Shown here: positions 12,032 through 24,293 of the stretch, in pieces
How positions within the stretch are numbered: the first letter of the stretch is position 1
Layout of the letters: every line of letters starts with the position of its first letter
DNA from: Lepidodermella squamata
Taxonomy: Eukaryota > Animalia > Gastrotricha
Direction: 5' to 3'
Length of the DNA: 64,000 bases
Assembly (NCBI GenBank): GCA_047495785.1
Contig: JBLDXI010000010.1
Coordinates: 1,054,001-1,118,000 of the forward strand
Position numbers and translations under genes: made by a program
Notes under the pieces: model-generated
Told to the model about the DNA's origin: nothing
What the model saw: only the letters and a program-made list of their open reading frames with translations
Databases searched by the model: none

Positions 12032-13002
12032 TCAGCAGGTGCAAACGAATGGTGAGAGATTACAAGAGCATCCCTTAGTTCCGTTGCACCCGCAAATTGC
12101 TTCTTTGAAAAATCGCATTCTCCCTCCTACCGAGTCAATGTAGGTTACCAGTTCATAGCAGCAACATGGGTCCTTTGCGTAGTAAATAAGTTTCTTTCCA
12201 GACTTTGGCCTAAAATTCATCAATTTGTCTTTTTTGGCGTTGCAACTTTGACAAAGTGGTATGACCATTACTAAGCCGTCTCCATTGACTACATGCCCGC
12301 CATGAATCGCGGCTTTGGAATCACTTTCGCAATACGAGTTTTCGCATGTTTTTGGTAGTTCCGCTTTCTTCCCCCTGTGTTGAGTTCTCAATTTTCTTAT
12401 CAATTTACCACCAGGACACTGACATTTTCCACTTCCAGAGAGGTTCTTCCAGTCTTCCTTTTCGAATATATGGATCGCTTGTGCGGAAGAACTTGCTTAT
12501 CAGAAGTTGCCTTATCAGAATCTGCAAGGCAATAGAGGTTATCAGTGACATATTCTCAAGTGGCAGATGACGTTTCGGAGGATGGAAAAAACGGCTTTAT
12601 AGCTTTGAACGTAAACCTACTAGGATCAGCGGATCCTTTTGGAGTCGATGATGGGGTCTTCTTTGGAGTTGAAAGTGCTGACTTTTGCCCCGAAACCGGG
12701 CTCTTTCCGGGCACTTTTTCAGGCGAATCTGCTGCTTCGGAGGACCGATTATCTCCGGGTTTAACCATTCTGCTTTTCGTAGACCGTTTCTTGTTGACTT
12801 TCAATAACCCCGGGGATAAATCACGACCACGAGTGATCTTGTCACCGCTGGAAGCTGATAGCGACTTGTCGGAGGTTTTCTTAGCTTCGACGCCATCCCC
12901 GGCCAATTTTAGAGATCTAGTTCGATTTACGATGTCATCGACGTCGTCGCTTACATCCTCAGACTCGGTATCCTTGCCAGAGGCCGTTTTAACGACTTCA
13001 AG
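12032..13002 (-). CDS. Cys-rich HNH-like (beta-beta-alpha-metal) domain protein with a probable S/K/P-rich disordered N-terminal exon; 5' structure uncertain
   Basis: WKNLSGSGKCQC...CENSYC...HGGHV...VIPLCQSCN in the frame ending at 12032. An upstream low-complexity frame spans 12556-13002. Confidence 0.55.
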
Positions 13003-13163
13003 CTACGATAGCTTTATTATGAGGTTTTATTCCGCTTTTCGACATGCGCAAGCACATACTAACCAATTTATCAACAATTAGAAGTATAAAAGTAGGTAAG
13101 TACGAGATAAGGCGAGAGGCATTTGTCCAGCTTTATCCAGCTAATGCGATAAACCGAACGACC

Positions 13164-15613
13164 CTAAGCCTCTGGTGGTAATATACCAAATAGGACGACC
13201 TGAATAGAAATAATGGGAAATGATGTAGTACAACTATCGAATGGCTCGGGAAGGGCTTACCGGTAAAATGACCACCACAATCAGACATAGTGAAAACATG
13301 ACGATATCTGTCGTAAAAATGAAAATAGTATCATCAAACGAAATCAGTTTCACTATAACGTACCAATTAAACGAGCCAGGTAAGCCCAGTCTAAATAGAT
13401 AACCCCACCGTCAGTTGCTGAATGAGAAACTTGAGCTAGATCTGACTATCTTCCGAATGAAACTTACAGAACAGTGAAGCTCGACTGGGCTTGCGATGCG
13501 ATCCGAAGCGATTCGCTATTTCGAAAGCAGCATCAGCTTCCTTACAATCGACCCCATCTGCGATAGTCACTCTTCGTTTGACAGTTATTGGACTAGTAGA
13601 AATGACTCGTTTACATTGCGACTGCGGCGTGCTCATAAGTGGCGTCTCTTCCGTCGCGTCAGGAAAAACTTGACTATCAAACCGGCTGATGTAGTCTAAA
13701 TCGCAACAATCCCCGTTCTTCGGAATCTGCTCGGCAACGCACATTGTCTCCTCCAGCTCTTCATCATCCTCCCCGATGAACCAGTGATTATCATAGGCAA
13801 ATCTCGACGAATCTCGCCGCAACTGGTTATGAGTGCAAAAACTTCCATAAGAAGCATCGATCCAACGCATGACAATCGATGATCGTGACATTTTAGGTAG
13901 TATAGAAGATTCCGGAGCTCTGCTAATGGGCTCGTAATTCTTCAAGGTGTTTAATGGTATGTTGTGGTTTGGCAAGCGACTTTCAGACATCAGAATTGGC
14001 CGTGTTGGTTTTTCGATCGGAGATATCGTAGGATTGATCACTGGCGCGGATGATGATTGAATGGCTTTACTAATGATCGGAATGTTGTCAATTTCATCGA
14101 TTTCTTCATTCGGAGTCACTTGATCGTCGTCGCTGCTGTTGTATTTGTAAATGAATCTGAAAGACTGAGAAATTTAGAGAAAATTATTGAAAGGTCTAAT
14201 CTTGCCTCAGAATTCGATGGGCCCATTTCGGAGCTGCTGTGCGTTGATGTTTGCGAGAGATTAAACCTGTGATAAGGACAGCCTCTGCTACAGCGACAAC
14301 ACTCACTGCTGTCAACATATCGACGTAGACGCAGAGCAAAGGAATGGAATTCGATGATCTGAAATTCACAAATTCACAATTCATCGTAACCTCATCGGAT
14401 AAGGATGGAGACAAACCTCGGTAATTGGTCTACAATCATCGTTTGAAACACAATAACCGACAAGAGAATGGAAGTTGCCTGCGGTACTCTCTCATTCGAC
14501 TCCAAAGGGAAGAGGAACGTCAGCATCTGAAGCCCAGATAACAAGCAACATGGGAAGATGATGTTTAGCTTGAAAAAAGTTGTCTTTCTTCCAACATGAA
14601 GCCAAAACTCAATTCGAGTGAAGGCTGTTGAATTGGTAACCCAAAGCACGCGTTGGACACTAGCCGCATCCACTAGAGTCCAATCGCCACTTTGAACGTA
14701 CATCGAGAGAGAAACAGGTGATTTGTCAGATCTGAGGGTTAAGTTTAATTTAGCGTGGCTGTAGATTGCTGATTCAAGCATAATTGGGCAGCGTTGGTAG
14801 TCGAATGGGAAGTACTTTAGTTGTAACTCGCAGCGGATGACAAGGTTACCAGTCGGGTGCCACCAGATCGAGCCATCGCTATGCACTTTGAAATCGAATT
14901 TCAAATCGCGCATCAATGCGTACAGGTCCGATACACTAATTAGTATATTAATGATAAAAGGAAATATTGAGTGACAGAGATCTTACCTGTTAGCGAACTG
15001 AAGATCTGGAACCCACAATTGTGTACCTGGTATCACTATGTTAGTCTGATTATCGAAATCTGGAGGGTACCAGGACAGCATTGCGTCTTTCCAGGTCTTT
15101 AAAAAAAATTATTAAGCATTTTTCCGAAAAAATCGGTTGCTCATACAAGTTGCAGCCGAATCGTCAGTTCCAAAACTTCATTTTTCTCGTACTAGAAAGG
15201 TATTTTAATTATGTACATAGGACTGGTTAAATATTAGAGGATTCCACTTACCATATGAAGTATTTTGATTGGGAAGAGCCTTGCTTCGACTACTACAGCT
15301 TCGTTAGCCCTTGAAATAAATTCCGGTTCATATAATCTATTAATGTTTATCCTAGTCCTTACCGCATAACCGGACGAGTGAGTTTCGAGTAATTTGTCAT
15401 AAGATGTCGTAGGAGGTATAGGTCGTCCGAGGCGTCTTTTGGCCTCAGGGCAAGGGACTGTCTCCATGCGAGGGATAACAGCGCTTGTTGCTGCTGTAGA
15501 TGCTGGTAATGGCTGTAGCCTGAACCACCTGAGCTTGAGCCACCTGAGCTCTGGGTGGACGTGTAACCTAACCATAAAATACCTGAGAAAAGCACGAAAG
15601 TGGAAGCTGGCAT
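13164..15613 (-). CDS. Cys-loop ligand-gated ion channel, nAChR-like non-alpha subunit, about 10 exons
   Basis: Spliced exons give NYSKLTRPV, TWKD..LSW, LWVPDL, Cys-loop CELQLKYFPFDYQRC, M1-M3, a long loop and M4 'DWAYLARLIDIVMF'. No vicinal CC. GC-AG intron 14157-14205. Confidence 0.9.
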
Positions 15614-16052
15614 TTCGAATGTTTCGGTGATAAGCGAAAAACCGCAATGATGGCTCGTGCTCACTGTGTAATTATCCTATCAGACTTCTCGATTAAATGT
15701 GTCCGTCTGCGTCACACAGCGAAACTAAGTGCATCCAATGGCGCGGGCATATCTACGTACTCGTGTAATAAGAATAATGAATGCGCCCGGTTATTAAGGA
15801 GCGAACTACACGCCAGAGTGAGCACAGCAATCGATAACCTGACATGTTATCGTAATGCAGATCCATTTTCTTAAGATGGGCTCTTAATTAATGTCACATG
15901 AATAGTAAAATGGGGTCCTGATATGAAAATTCGTTTAGAGTGGGAGGCGTCTGCCATTGATATCATGCTTAATTTGAATCGTAACTGACTACAAAAAGCA
16001 GTTTTCCAAATATTCAGGCCTGATTAGCAAACACTGTGTGGCCACTTAATAG

Positions 16053-16491
16053 TCCAATCCGATGCGCACGCTGATTGGTCAATCGATCATTGAAATGACC
16101 GGGTGAAACATTATGATCGTGCGATCCATACACTTTTTTACAACAAGTGTTTTTGCCGCAAACCTAGAGCTGTCCGATTTTTGACGGTGAACTAAATTTC
16201 AACAGGGACAAACGCGCAGATGAATTCTGAGCCAGGTTTTTTTCAAGACCTTCAAAACTCGAGAATGGCAAATTAAGAATAGCAAATTGCACAGTGCTAC
16301 TTTTTTAGAGTCTCATTTCCTTTCAATGTTTCCAACCATTATCGCTATGCTTTTTGGCAAATTTCGAAAATCGATAAATTTGATCGCTGCTCAAGTGAAT
16401 AGCTGGGTAGTAAATCTCGGATTGCTTACATTCGGAGAATCGAAAAATTGATTGATTCCATGCGGAGTCGGGAGTATAGTGCGCATGCGCA
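16053..16491. promoter_or_regulatory. Candidate bidirectional promoter elements (CCAAT/ATTGG pair; NRF1-type TGCGCATGCGCA palindrome at 16480-16491)
   Basis: Motifs lie between the divergently transcribed nAChR-like and DUF229 genes. Motif match only. Confidence 0.3.
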
Positions 16492-16667
16492 CATACTCGG
16501 CCTAAGCCTCGAAATTAGTTGCATAATCAGACTAATCAAGAAGAACTAAAAGGATCTGTATTCGCATTTCTTTTGTAATCCTTTATTCAACCTGTTTTGA
16601 TAAAAATAGGATAGGAGAGTAGTAGTAGTAGTATAGTAGGAGAGTAAGTATCGCGTTTGTTTTAAAG

Positions 16668-18605
16668 ATGCTTCGCTTTTCTAATAGGCGATTTTATCGC
16701 TTCACCACTGTCTTTTCTTTCATTGCTGTCATTGTACTTTACTACAAAGTGTCTTCAATTGTTTTCTTCGATAGCTTCATATCAAGCAATGGCGATTTTG
16801 CGGCATCTAATATTAGAAAAGAATGTATCCTTCCTGATTTGAAGCCCGATCCGTCTTGGATTCCTAACAGCTACGCTCTCCAACTGAACTGCAGCGAGAG
16901 ACACTCTAGCGACGTAATTAAAGTCCGAACAATTGAAGGCGATAAGCTGCTTGTGCAAACTACTCTTAAAACGCCCGTCAATATCAGTTGCTTTTACAAC
17001 GAAATCAGGTTACAATACGATTTCAGAACGATAACGGCGACAGATAGGAAAGTCACGCTACAACTATCGAACAACTCAACAGTCTTGAAATGCCCTTTCA
17101 ATGTTTTCAAGTTACGTTGCTATGGCTACAACAAAACATTGATCCACGAATCGCAAAATCGTTGCTTTTTCAAGAATCCATCAATCAAAGTCACAGACCA
17201 CACATTAAATGGTCATATTTTGAAGGAAAGACTGAATATACTTATGCTGGGATTCGACAGTATGTCTCGAGTATCATGGCTAGAGCAACTTCCCAAAAGC
17301 AATAATTATGCCGTAAACGATCTCGGTGGGATAAGTTTCGAGGGCTACAACATTATAGGCGATGGTACTACAGCAGCTTTACTCGGTTTACTATCCGGTT
17401 ACCGCGAGGAGGAGCTTTACGAGTCTCGAAGAGGCTTCACAGGCGCGAGAGAGGTCGACGACTTCCCATTTTTGTGGCAGAAACTTCGAGATCTCAATTA
17501 CGCAACCCTATGGGATGAAGATGGCGCATGGCAGGGAACGTTTCACTATAGACTGATGGGGTTCAAGAAACCCCCTGTTGATCATTACGGCCGACTTTAC
17601 CAGCTATCGCTAAGTTATCCCTCAGATCGATGTTTGGGCGAAATTTCTATTTTCGACGAAATGCTGCTTCAATTCCGGCAAATGTTCGCGTTATACCCAG
17701 ATCCATTAAGAAAGTTTGCGCTGGTCTTCAGTTCACATTTCACCCATTCGTCAGAAGCAGACAACCACCAAGAGGCTTTCATTCTGGACGATAGATTAGA
17801 GCAAGAGCTTAAATGGTTGCATGAGAAGAATTTTCTCAACCAAAGCGTCTTGATCTTATTCTCGGACCATGGCATGAGATTTAGCTCGGTTCGAGCTACA
17901 CAACGAGGCAAGATGCAGGAGCGTTTGCCTTACCTTACTTTTGTCTTCCCTCAATGGTTCAGGCAACAATACAAAACCGTGATAGACAATTTTGAAAGCG
18001 CATCGAAATCGCTGGCAACGCCTTTCGATTTACACGCTACTCTGCTTGATCTAGCTGGACTGGAAGCCGATCCGGCAACTCCTGGTAGAGGAAAAAGCTT
18101 CCTTCGAGGAATCAAAGATCGTAATTGTGACGAAGCTGGAGTTGATCCGCATTGGTGCTCTTGCCTCGATTATGATAACTTCGAGGTTCTCCCCCTTAAT
18201 AGTGGTATTGTTTCCGCTTGTCTTCACGAGTTCAGAAGTTTCGTTAACTTGAATCTTCTGAGAGATTTCATTGACAAATGCAGGCTTATCGAGTCAACAG
18301 TGCCATTCTCAGCCCTGAAAATCGGCCTAGGCAAACGGGCGAAAACCTTTGTCCGAACAACTGATGGCCATGGCAGGATACCGAAGTTCAATTCATCTGT
18401 CACATCTGACGTTTACTTTGCTCAGATTTCATTCAGAGCACAACCTGGAGATGGACTATTTGAAGCTACCTTTGAGGTGGATGAAACTATGCATCGGGTT
18501 CGACTTCTTCCCAACCAAATTAGCCGGACTAATCGATATGGCGACGCGCCTAAATGTATTGAAGTCTCTTTTCCACATCTCCGCCAGTTTTGTTTATGTA
18601 TATGA
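16668..18605 (+). CDS. DUF229 family (alkaline phosphatase/sulfatase-like) type II membrane protein, intronless
   Basis: N-terminal anchor; motifs GFDSMSR, GYNIIGDGT, FSDHGMRF, QERLP, PFDLHATL, HWCSC, SRTNRYG...FCLC. Confidence 0.92.
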   Translation: MLRFSNRRFYRFTTVFSFIAVIVLYYKVSSIVFFDSFISSNGDFAASNIRKECILPDLKPDPSWIPNSYALQLNCSERHSSDVIKVRTIEGDKLLVQTTLKTPVNISCFYNEIRLQYDFRTITATDRKVTLQLSNNSTVLKCPFNVFKLRCYGYNKTLIHESQNRCFFKNPSIKVTDHTLNGHILKERLNILMLGFDSMSRVSWLEQLPKSNNYAVNDLGGISFEGYNIIGDGTTAALLGLLSGYREEELYESRRGFTGAREVDDFPFLWQKLRDLNYATLWDEDGAWQGTFHYRLMGFKKPPVDHYGRLYQLSLSYPSDRCLGEISIFDEMLLQFRQMFALYPDPLRKFALVFSSHFTHSSEADNHQEAFILDDRLEQELKWLHEKNFLNQSVLILFSDHGMRFSSVRATQRGKMQERLPYLTFVFPQWFRQQYKTVIDNFESASKSLATPFDLHATLLDLAGLEADPATPGRGKSFLRGIKDRNCDEAGVDPHWCSCLDYDNFEVLPLNSGIVSACLHEFRSFVNLNLLRDFIDKCRLIESTVPFSALKIGLGKRAKTFVRTTDGHGRIPKFNSSVTSDVYFAQISFRAQPGDGLFEATFEVDETMHRVRLLPNQISRTNRYGDAPKCIEVSFPHLRQFCLCI

Positions 18606-18673
18606 GATTGATTCTTATTTATTTTACATCATGAAATAAAATATGGGGAATATCGTGTTTCAAGTCCTTCCGT

Positions 18674-18983
18674 TCATTGAATGTAGTAAACAGGGACAGA
18701 GTAGCTGTAATAAGTCGCTGGTTGATATACTGTTGCCCTGACCGGTTGGGCAATGGATGCTTGAACCACTGAAGCTCGAACTGCTTGAACGGGTGTAGCG
18801 TAGTAAACTGGAACGTTGTAAACAGCAGCCGGTTGGGAGTAATACGTCGAGTAGTAGACCTCAATGAAAAGTTGAAAAATTAAGGATCATCACGGCATCA
18901 GAGCCTAAATTTACCGGTCCGGAATTGACTACGACTGCCAGAAAGGCTAGAAATACCAATGCAATGCAGTCTGGCCTATTCAT
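18674..18983 (-). CDS. 84-aa secreted Tyr/Val/Ala/Pro-rich low-complexity protein (cuticle/adhesive-like)
   Basis: Exon 18983-18915 MNRPDCIALVFLAFLAVVVNSGP, 55-nt intron, exon 18859-18674 VYYSTYYSQPAAVYNVPVYY...SVPVYYIQ*. Not in the ORF track. Confidence 0.7.
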
Positions 18984-20240
18984 TGTTGAAGTCAAGCTTA
19001 GCAGCGAAGAAAGAATGCAAATCCAAGCGCTTTAATATTAAGTATGTAGAATTTGTGTACTCAGATAAACGTGATCATAATTTTGTAGACTTTTCTTAAG
19101 GTGGGTGCACGTTTTTTCTCAGTTGACCAGTACAAAGGATTAACAGGGCTTGGCAATTCTTATGCATCGGTGCGATATGCCGAGATTGATGAACGAGAAA
19201 AATGAATCGATATGAAACGAGAGATCCAGATAGCCTTTCGAGTTACTGAGATCGTTCCTAAACTTATCAACAGATAGATCGTGTTTTGAAAATGCATCCC
19301 ATGAACACAGTTACAGTCCAGTAATTGTAGGAATTATTCTCAAATATTTGGTCTATGGCTTCCAACTTCTCTTACTCTCGATTCACTCAATACCTTGCTC
19401 AATATATCAGTGAATCGGATTTTTTGCGAGGTTCAACATTTGCGAGTTGAATTTTACGGCGACAACAATTCTCCCAAATAGTAATGAAAACATTTTTCCA
19501 CTGCGCATTATCGATTTGCGGAAACACGATTGGTCGAGTAGTTGAGTTGCTAAGAACAAATAGCCATAAACCTGCGTTGCCAGGAAGCTTCAATGATTGC
19601 GTATGCATCGATTTTCGCAAAATACAAGGACCATCGAGTCAGCGGGACGACTAGAAAACACTTCTTGCCCGCTACACTTACATTTCAATCAGTTTATCTC
19701 AGTTTAATCAAATCTGAGTCTCGACAATTTTAATATTTCATCTAAAAATAATTTCTATCAATTTTTATTCGATTTATCCAGTCTGTCACAGTCAGTAGCC
19801 GCAAACCTATTTGTTATTAATTATTCATATCCCAAAAGCCCCGTGATCACGCAATTTATGACGCAATCGATTTTCGATGAACGCATCGCCACTAAAGGTG
19901 AAATAAGAAAAAACACACACAAAACCGGGCACCCGATACGTGCACTGTACAGTAATTTGCGAAGACTCCCCAGGGCTACTCGCTATAAACACAAAAAACA
20001 ACATGCACCTGTGTGCGCAGTTGAATAGCGCAAAAGAATCCGTCGATTCCTTTCAAGACAAAAATCTCCGTCTAGCACTGACGTAGTTTGAATGACTGGC
20101 CTATTCATTTTATTGCAAGATTAATGCATAATATTTGCTTTACTTAAGGAAGATTTATTCACAATTATCTCTAACAATCCGTCTACTTCTGGGGAAGCTT
20201 TGCACAGCCCGACTCTTATGAAGAGGGTAAACGACCTAGC

Positions 20241-22186
20241 ATGTTCTCGCTTCGAAAACGCAACAGCCAAAATGACGACGCCGATTCGCCATCGAACACG
20301 GCGGCGCCTCGTGTAGTCATCCGAAATGGCAAAAAGGTCAAGCTGACCACAAATGGCGAGACGTTCGCCAACCTTCTGCAGGCGAACGTCGGCACAGGAG
20401 TTTTGGCCCTGTCAAATGCTGTCATGAATGTTGGCCTCGTGCCCGGGGCAATTGGCATTGTCCTGCTCGGTTTTTTCGTTCTAAGTACTATGCATCTTTT
20501 GTTGTATGTCTACAAACTTGTGGCCATCAATGGCGAGCCGTTAGACTACGACGACGTAGCTGAGTTGTCGTTAAAACACTGCGCGTGGCCTTTTGTCAAC
20601 AAATTATCCCGAGCCGCGAAATGGTTCACAAATTTTACGATAATCATGTGCCAAGTCGCTACATGCATCGTCTACCACCTATTTTGCCCGCAGATGATCA
20701 AAATGGTGGTTGACTCTTCAACGCCGAAAGATACCCACCTACCATTGATTCAGTACCAAGTCATGGTCACGGCTCTTCTCCTCGCTTACTGCGTGTTTGT
20801 CCGCTCGTTCAAAGACATGGCTATTGTTTCGACGATTACGACAATCGGAATGGTCGCTTGTCTTGTCATTATCTATCAATATGTCTTTCGTAATATACAG
20901 CCGTTGGAGAACTTGGTTGTAGTCGGAAATGACGTTCATGGCTATTTTTTGTTCCTCGGCAACGTTCTGTTCTGCTTCGAGATTACGGGCATGGTTTTGC
21001 CCTATGAGAATGAGATGGAGAATCGGAAAGCTTATGGTGGTTGGTGTGGCGTCATGTCGATAGCTATGCTTGTAGACATTCTTACCTATGCTGCTGTTGG
21101 AGTTTGTGGCTACCTATGCTTTGGGACAAGCACGAAGATGATCCTGTCAAACGTTCCTGATGAACCGTGAGTTTTCATTCATAGACCAGAATATTCCAAA
21201 AACCCGAGAATCGCTCTTCACAACCCTTCTTATACTTGTTAGAGGTCACGTTACTTTTAATATCGAAAGGCGAGTACACAGGATCCCTTTTTCAGTTCAA
21301 GACTAGTTTCATTCAGACTATTCAAAATTGGAACGACCGCAATGCACTTCAAAAGACTTAAATAGAAAAAATTGATTAGGACTTCTTTATAGGTGTGACT
21401 AATTCAATACCGAGCCAAAAAACACGTGAATAGCTGCGACGTCTTATTTTAGGCCTAAAGAGGGCTGCATCTTTCATTTTGTCTGACAAAAATGCTTCCA
21501 ACAGGTTGTACCATGCAGCTCGACTACTATGGGTCTTGTGCACTATCGTTTCATACAACATGCAAATCACAATTCCATGCGACATTCTATGCAAGTTGGT
21601 CCATCCGAAATCACGCAGCCCTATCGATCGTATACTACGATGTGTCTTAGTTCTTTTCACATGTGAGTGCATACATATTGCTAATCGATCTCAAGTCTCA
21701 TTGTTGTATTCTATAGTTGCTGCTTCCGCTGCTGTGCCTTGCCTTGAAGAAATTGCTGGTCTTGCCGGGACGTTATGCTCCAGCTCTGTCACAATTTTCA
21801 TCCCAGCGCTATGCCTTTTCGTCTCAGCTCTACCGCAACGCAGGCCTCGAAGGCCTCTTGAGGAGTCTATTTCCACAGTTATGACTCAGAGAACAGTTTC
21901 GCTGCGATTAAGCTCGGGCGATGAAGCGTCCTGCAGTGGGTCGAGCACATGTTCAAATGATCAGGACAATATTACTACCTTAAAGCTCCTCGAAGAGATA
22001 AATTTCCCGACTAATGAGTACGAAGGCATAAAACACCCACATTCAGCTCTTCGACGATCCGCAGCGATAATCGGAGCCGTCTCGCTGTTCCTTTTCGGTA
22101 TTTTCTGTACTGTTGTCGGGACTTACTTCACTGTTGAGCGAATTATCGAACGTCTCACGTCACCTAATGGTTGCTCCGGTGAATAA
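20241..22186 (+). CDS. Amino acid transporter, SLC36/PAT-like (Aa_trans), 3 exons
   Basis: TNGETFANLLQANVGTGVLAL, FCFEITGMVLPYENEM, GYLCFG; multiple TM segments; introns at about 21167-21504 and 21663-21716. Confidence 0.88.
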
Positions 22187-22256
22187 GCAGTCATTCAAAA
22201 TCAATACTAACATTCAAATGTCCCTGAATTTTTCGAAAAGAATAAATCGTTTTATT

Positions 22257-24293
22257 TCATAGAAATTCTAGGACGTGGCTCAGATTTAGGTCGAGGTAGT
22301 AGCGCAAGTACCTGAAAACACTCCGCCGCTCGAGCTCACGATAGCCGCCGTAGAACGGTGTCGGACGATGAATAACGTCAATCGTTTCTTCGTAAGACAA
22401 AGTCAAATCATGGTCTTCTATAAAGAATTGAACAACGTTGAGATGACCGCATTTCGCTGCTTGCTGGAAAGAATTTGCGAATGCTGTTGAATCATTCAGT
22501 TGCTTCTGGCTTTGTATCAGGTATATCAGCACTTTCAGATGGCCGTATCTCGCCGCTAAGCTGGCCGCATTCAGACCCCACCTGTCAAGTCGATTTAGCT
22601 GAGCGCCGTTTTTCACAAGGAAACTCACGATATCTAGATGGCCGAACTTAGCAGCAACCATCAACGCAGTTGCACCGTCTTGATCAGCTTCCTCAATGTC
22701 CACCTTAGTCCCATCAGTCAGATACTCAACTACGTCCTTCCGACCCCATTTCGACGCAATCATAAGAGCGGTTTCTCCAAACGAAAGCGGCTCGGTTGTA
22801 CTTACTTTTCTCTCATTGAGGAAATTCACGACATCAAGAGATTCCTTAGGTAGGACAGATTCCAAACCTAGTTTATTGGCCAGTCCAAGAAAGCAAAGTT
22901 GAGCCCTTCGACTGTGAGCGCACTTGAGGTATAGGGTGCGTAGAACATCGCAATTTTTTGCATGGTCAGTTTTATCCTCATCACCGAAACAGAGTTTGCG
23001 TAAAACAGGCTTGGGTGTGGATTCTACGATGAAGCCGACCAAATGCCAATCCTCGCATTTAACAGCTCGGTGCAACAGATTGTCCTCGCGTTTTAGCAGC
23101 ATCTTTTGCACTTGTTTCACGATGAAAAATGACGAGTCCATCAATTTGTCGAGAATTATCCGTTCTCGGATGGTTTTCAGGTCCTCGCCAATACCGGTTT
23201 CAATCGCATCCTGAAGAGCTGCCTCGTGTAGATAGGCTGTGATCGAAAATTTAGCCTCATGGCCCGCAAAAATTCCTTGGACTATGCCGTTCTCTTGAAA
23301 CCGTTTGCAGACTGAATAAACCTTTTCAATAGACTTTTTCCTCCAAATCCATTCAAGAATTAAAGGATCAACAGGATGGCCAGGGTCGAATAATAGGAAA
23401 GCAAAAAAGCGTAATCTATCCTTCCTCTTCATTTGTTTCGCGACGAATTTAAGCAAATTTGCCGGTCGATTATTGACTGACGCTGATTGTAATGCATGAA
23501 ACCGGTCTGTGCCGAGCTGCACCAAATTTTCCGATGAAGTTTCGCTGCGTTTCTTCATGAAGTATCGAGAAGTTATGTTAGCAATCATAGGCAGACCCCG
23601 GGTAACCTCCATAACGTGAGTTAACCGGTCTTCATGGTCGAAAACCGTCGACGGGATGAAGAGCTTCTGCGAGTAGAGTAGGCTTATGTAATAATCGTTC
23701 CTAGCCGCTGAGAGATTAACAACTTTTAAGGAGGCTTGTGTTAACGTACTATTGTTAATCTCTACCAATCTTCTAGTCAAGATTATGCATCTAATCGACG
23801 GAAATAATTTAGCTAGGAAATCAGTCAAATCCCGGCTTGAACAATTGTCGACGATTAGAAGGTACTTTTTGTTAGTCCCGATGCTCCAGATAAAAGCGGG
23901 CAGGGTTGATGAGTCAACAGAGGGTAGTTGGGGTCGGAATAAGTTGCCAAGATCAATCAAAAATCTGTCTTCGTTAAATTCCTCCTGTTGGCACGAATGG
24001 GTCCAAAATATGGCTTCAAGGTCTTGTAATGTCGCCAAAAAGTCTGGTTCCTTGATGAGATGGCCGAGTAAGGTAGATTTTCCCACACCGCTAACTCCGT
24101 TAATCGCCAAGATGACAGGTCCTATTGAATAAATTGTTTGGTGCTCAAGTTTGAATGCAAAAAATGGATGACATACCCGCTTTGCCGTCAGCGTTCCATA
24201 GTTTCTTGATAGCGGCCTCAACTTTAGCGTCCTCATTCGGCGGAAAGTAGCTCGCTTCTTCCACAACGGGGAAGCTGCCAAAATATTGCACAT
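22257..24293 (-). CDS. STAND NTPase (NB-ARC/Apaf-like) with C-terminal ankyrin repeats, intronless
   Basis: Walker A GVSGVGKST, Walker B LLIVDN, sensor IILTRR, GLP motif, winged-helix-like region, ankyrin repeats (GETALMIASKWG, GATALMVAAKFGHL). Confidence 0.85.
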   Translation of the reverse strand: MCNILAASPLWKKRATFRRMRTLKLRPLSRNYGTLTAKRVCHPFFAFKLEHQTIYSIGPVILAINGVSGVGKSTLLGHLIKEPDFLATLQDLEAIFWTHSCQQEEFNEDRFLIDLGNLFRPQLPSVDSSTLPAFIWSIGTNKKYLLIVDNCSSRDLTDFLAKLFPSIRCIILTRRLVEINNSTLTQASLKVVNLSAARNDYYISLLYSQKLFIPSTVFDHEDRLTHVMEVTRGLPMIANITSRYFMKKRSETSSENLVQLGTDRFHALQSASVNNRPANLLKFVAKQMKRKDRLRFFAFLLFDPGHPVDPLILEWIWRKKSIEKVYSVCKRFQENGIVQGIFAGHEAKFSITAYLHEAALQDAIETGIGEDLKTIRERIILDKLMDSSFFIVKQVQKMLLKREDNLLHRAVKCEDWHLVGFIVESTPKPVLRKLCFGDEDKTDHAKNCDVLRTLYLKCAHSRRAQLCFLGLANKLGLESVLPKESLDVVNFLNERKVSTTEPLSFGETALMIASKWGRKDVVEYLTDGTKVDIEEADQDGATALMVAAKFGHLDIVSFLVKNGAQLNRLDRWGLNAASLAARYGHLKVLIYLIQSQKQLNDSTAFANSFQQAAKCGHLNVVQFFIEDHDLTLSYEETIDVIHRPTPFYGGYRELERRSVFRYLRYYLDLNLSHVLEFL

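Noticed and set aside
12545-13081. 178-aa + strand ORF, and similar shadow ORFs (23752-24132, 32023-32436, 37692-38078)
   Set aside because: Antisense shadows of better-supported frames, with no motifs of their own.
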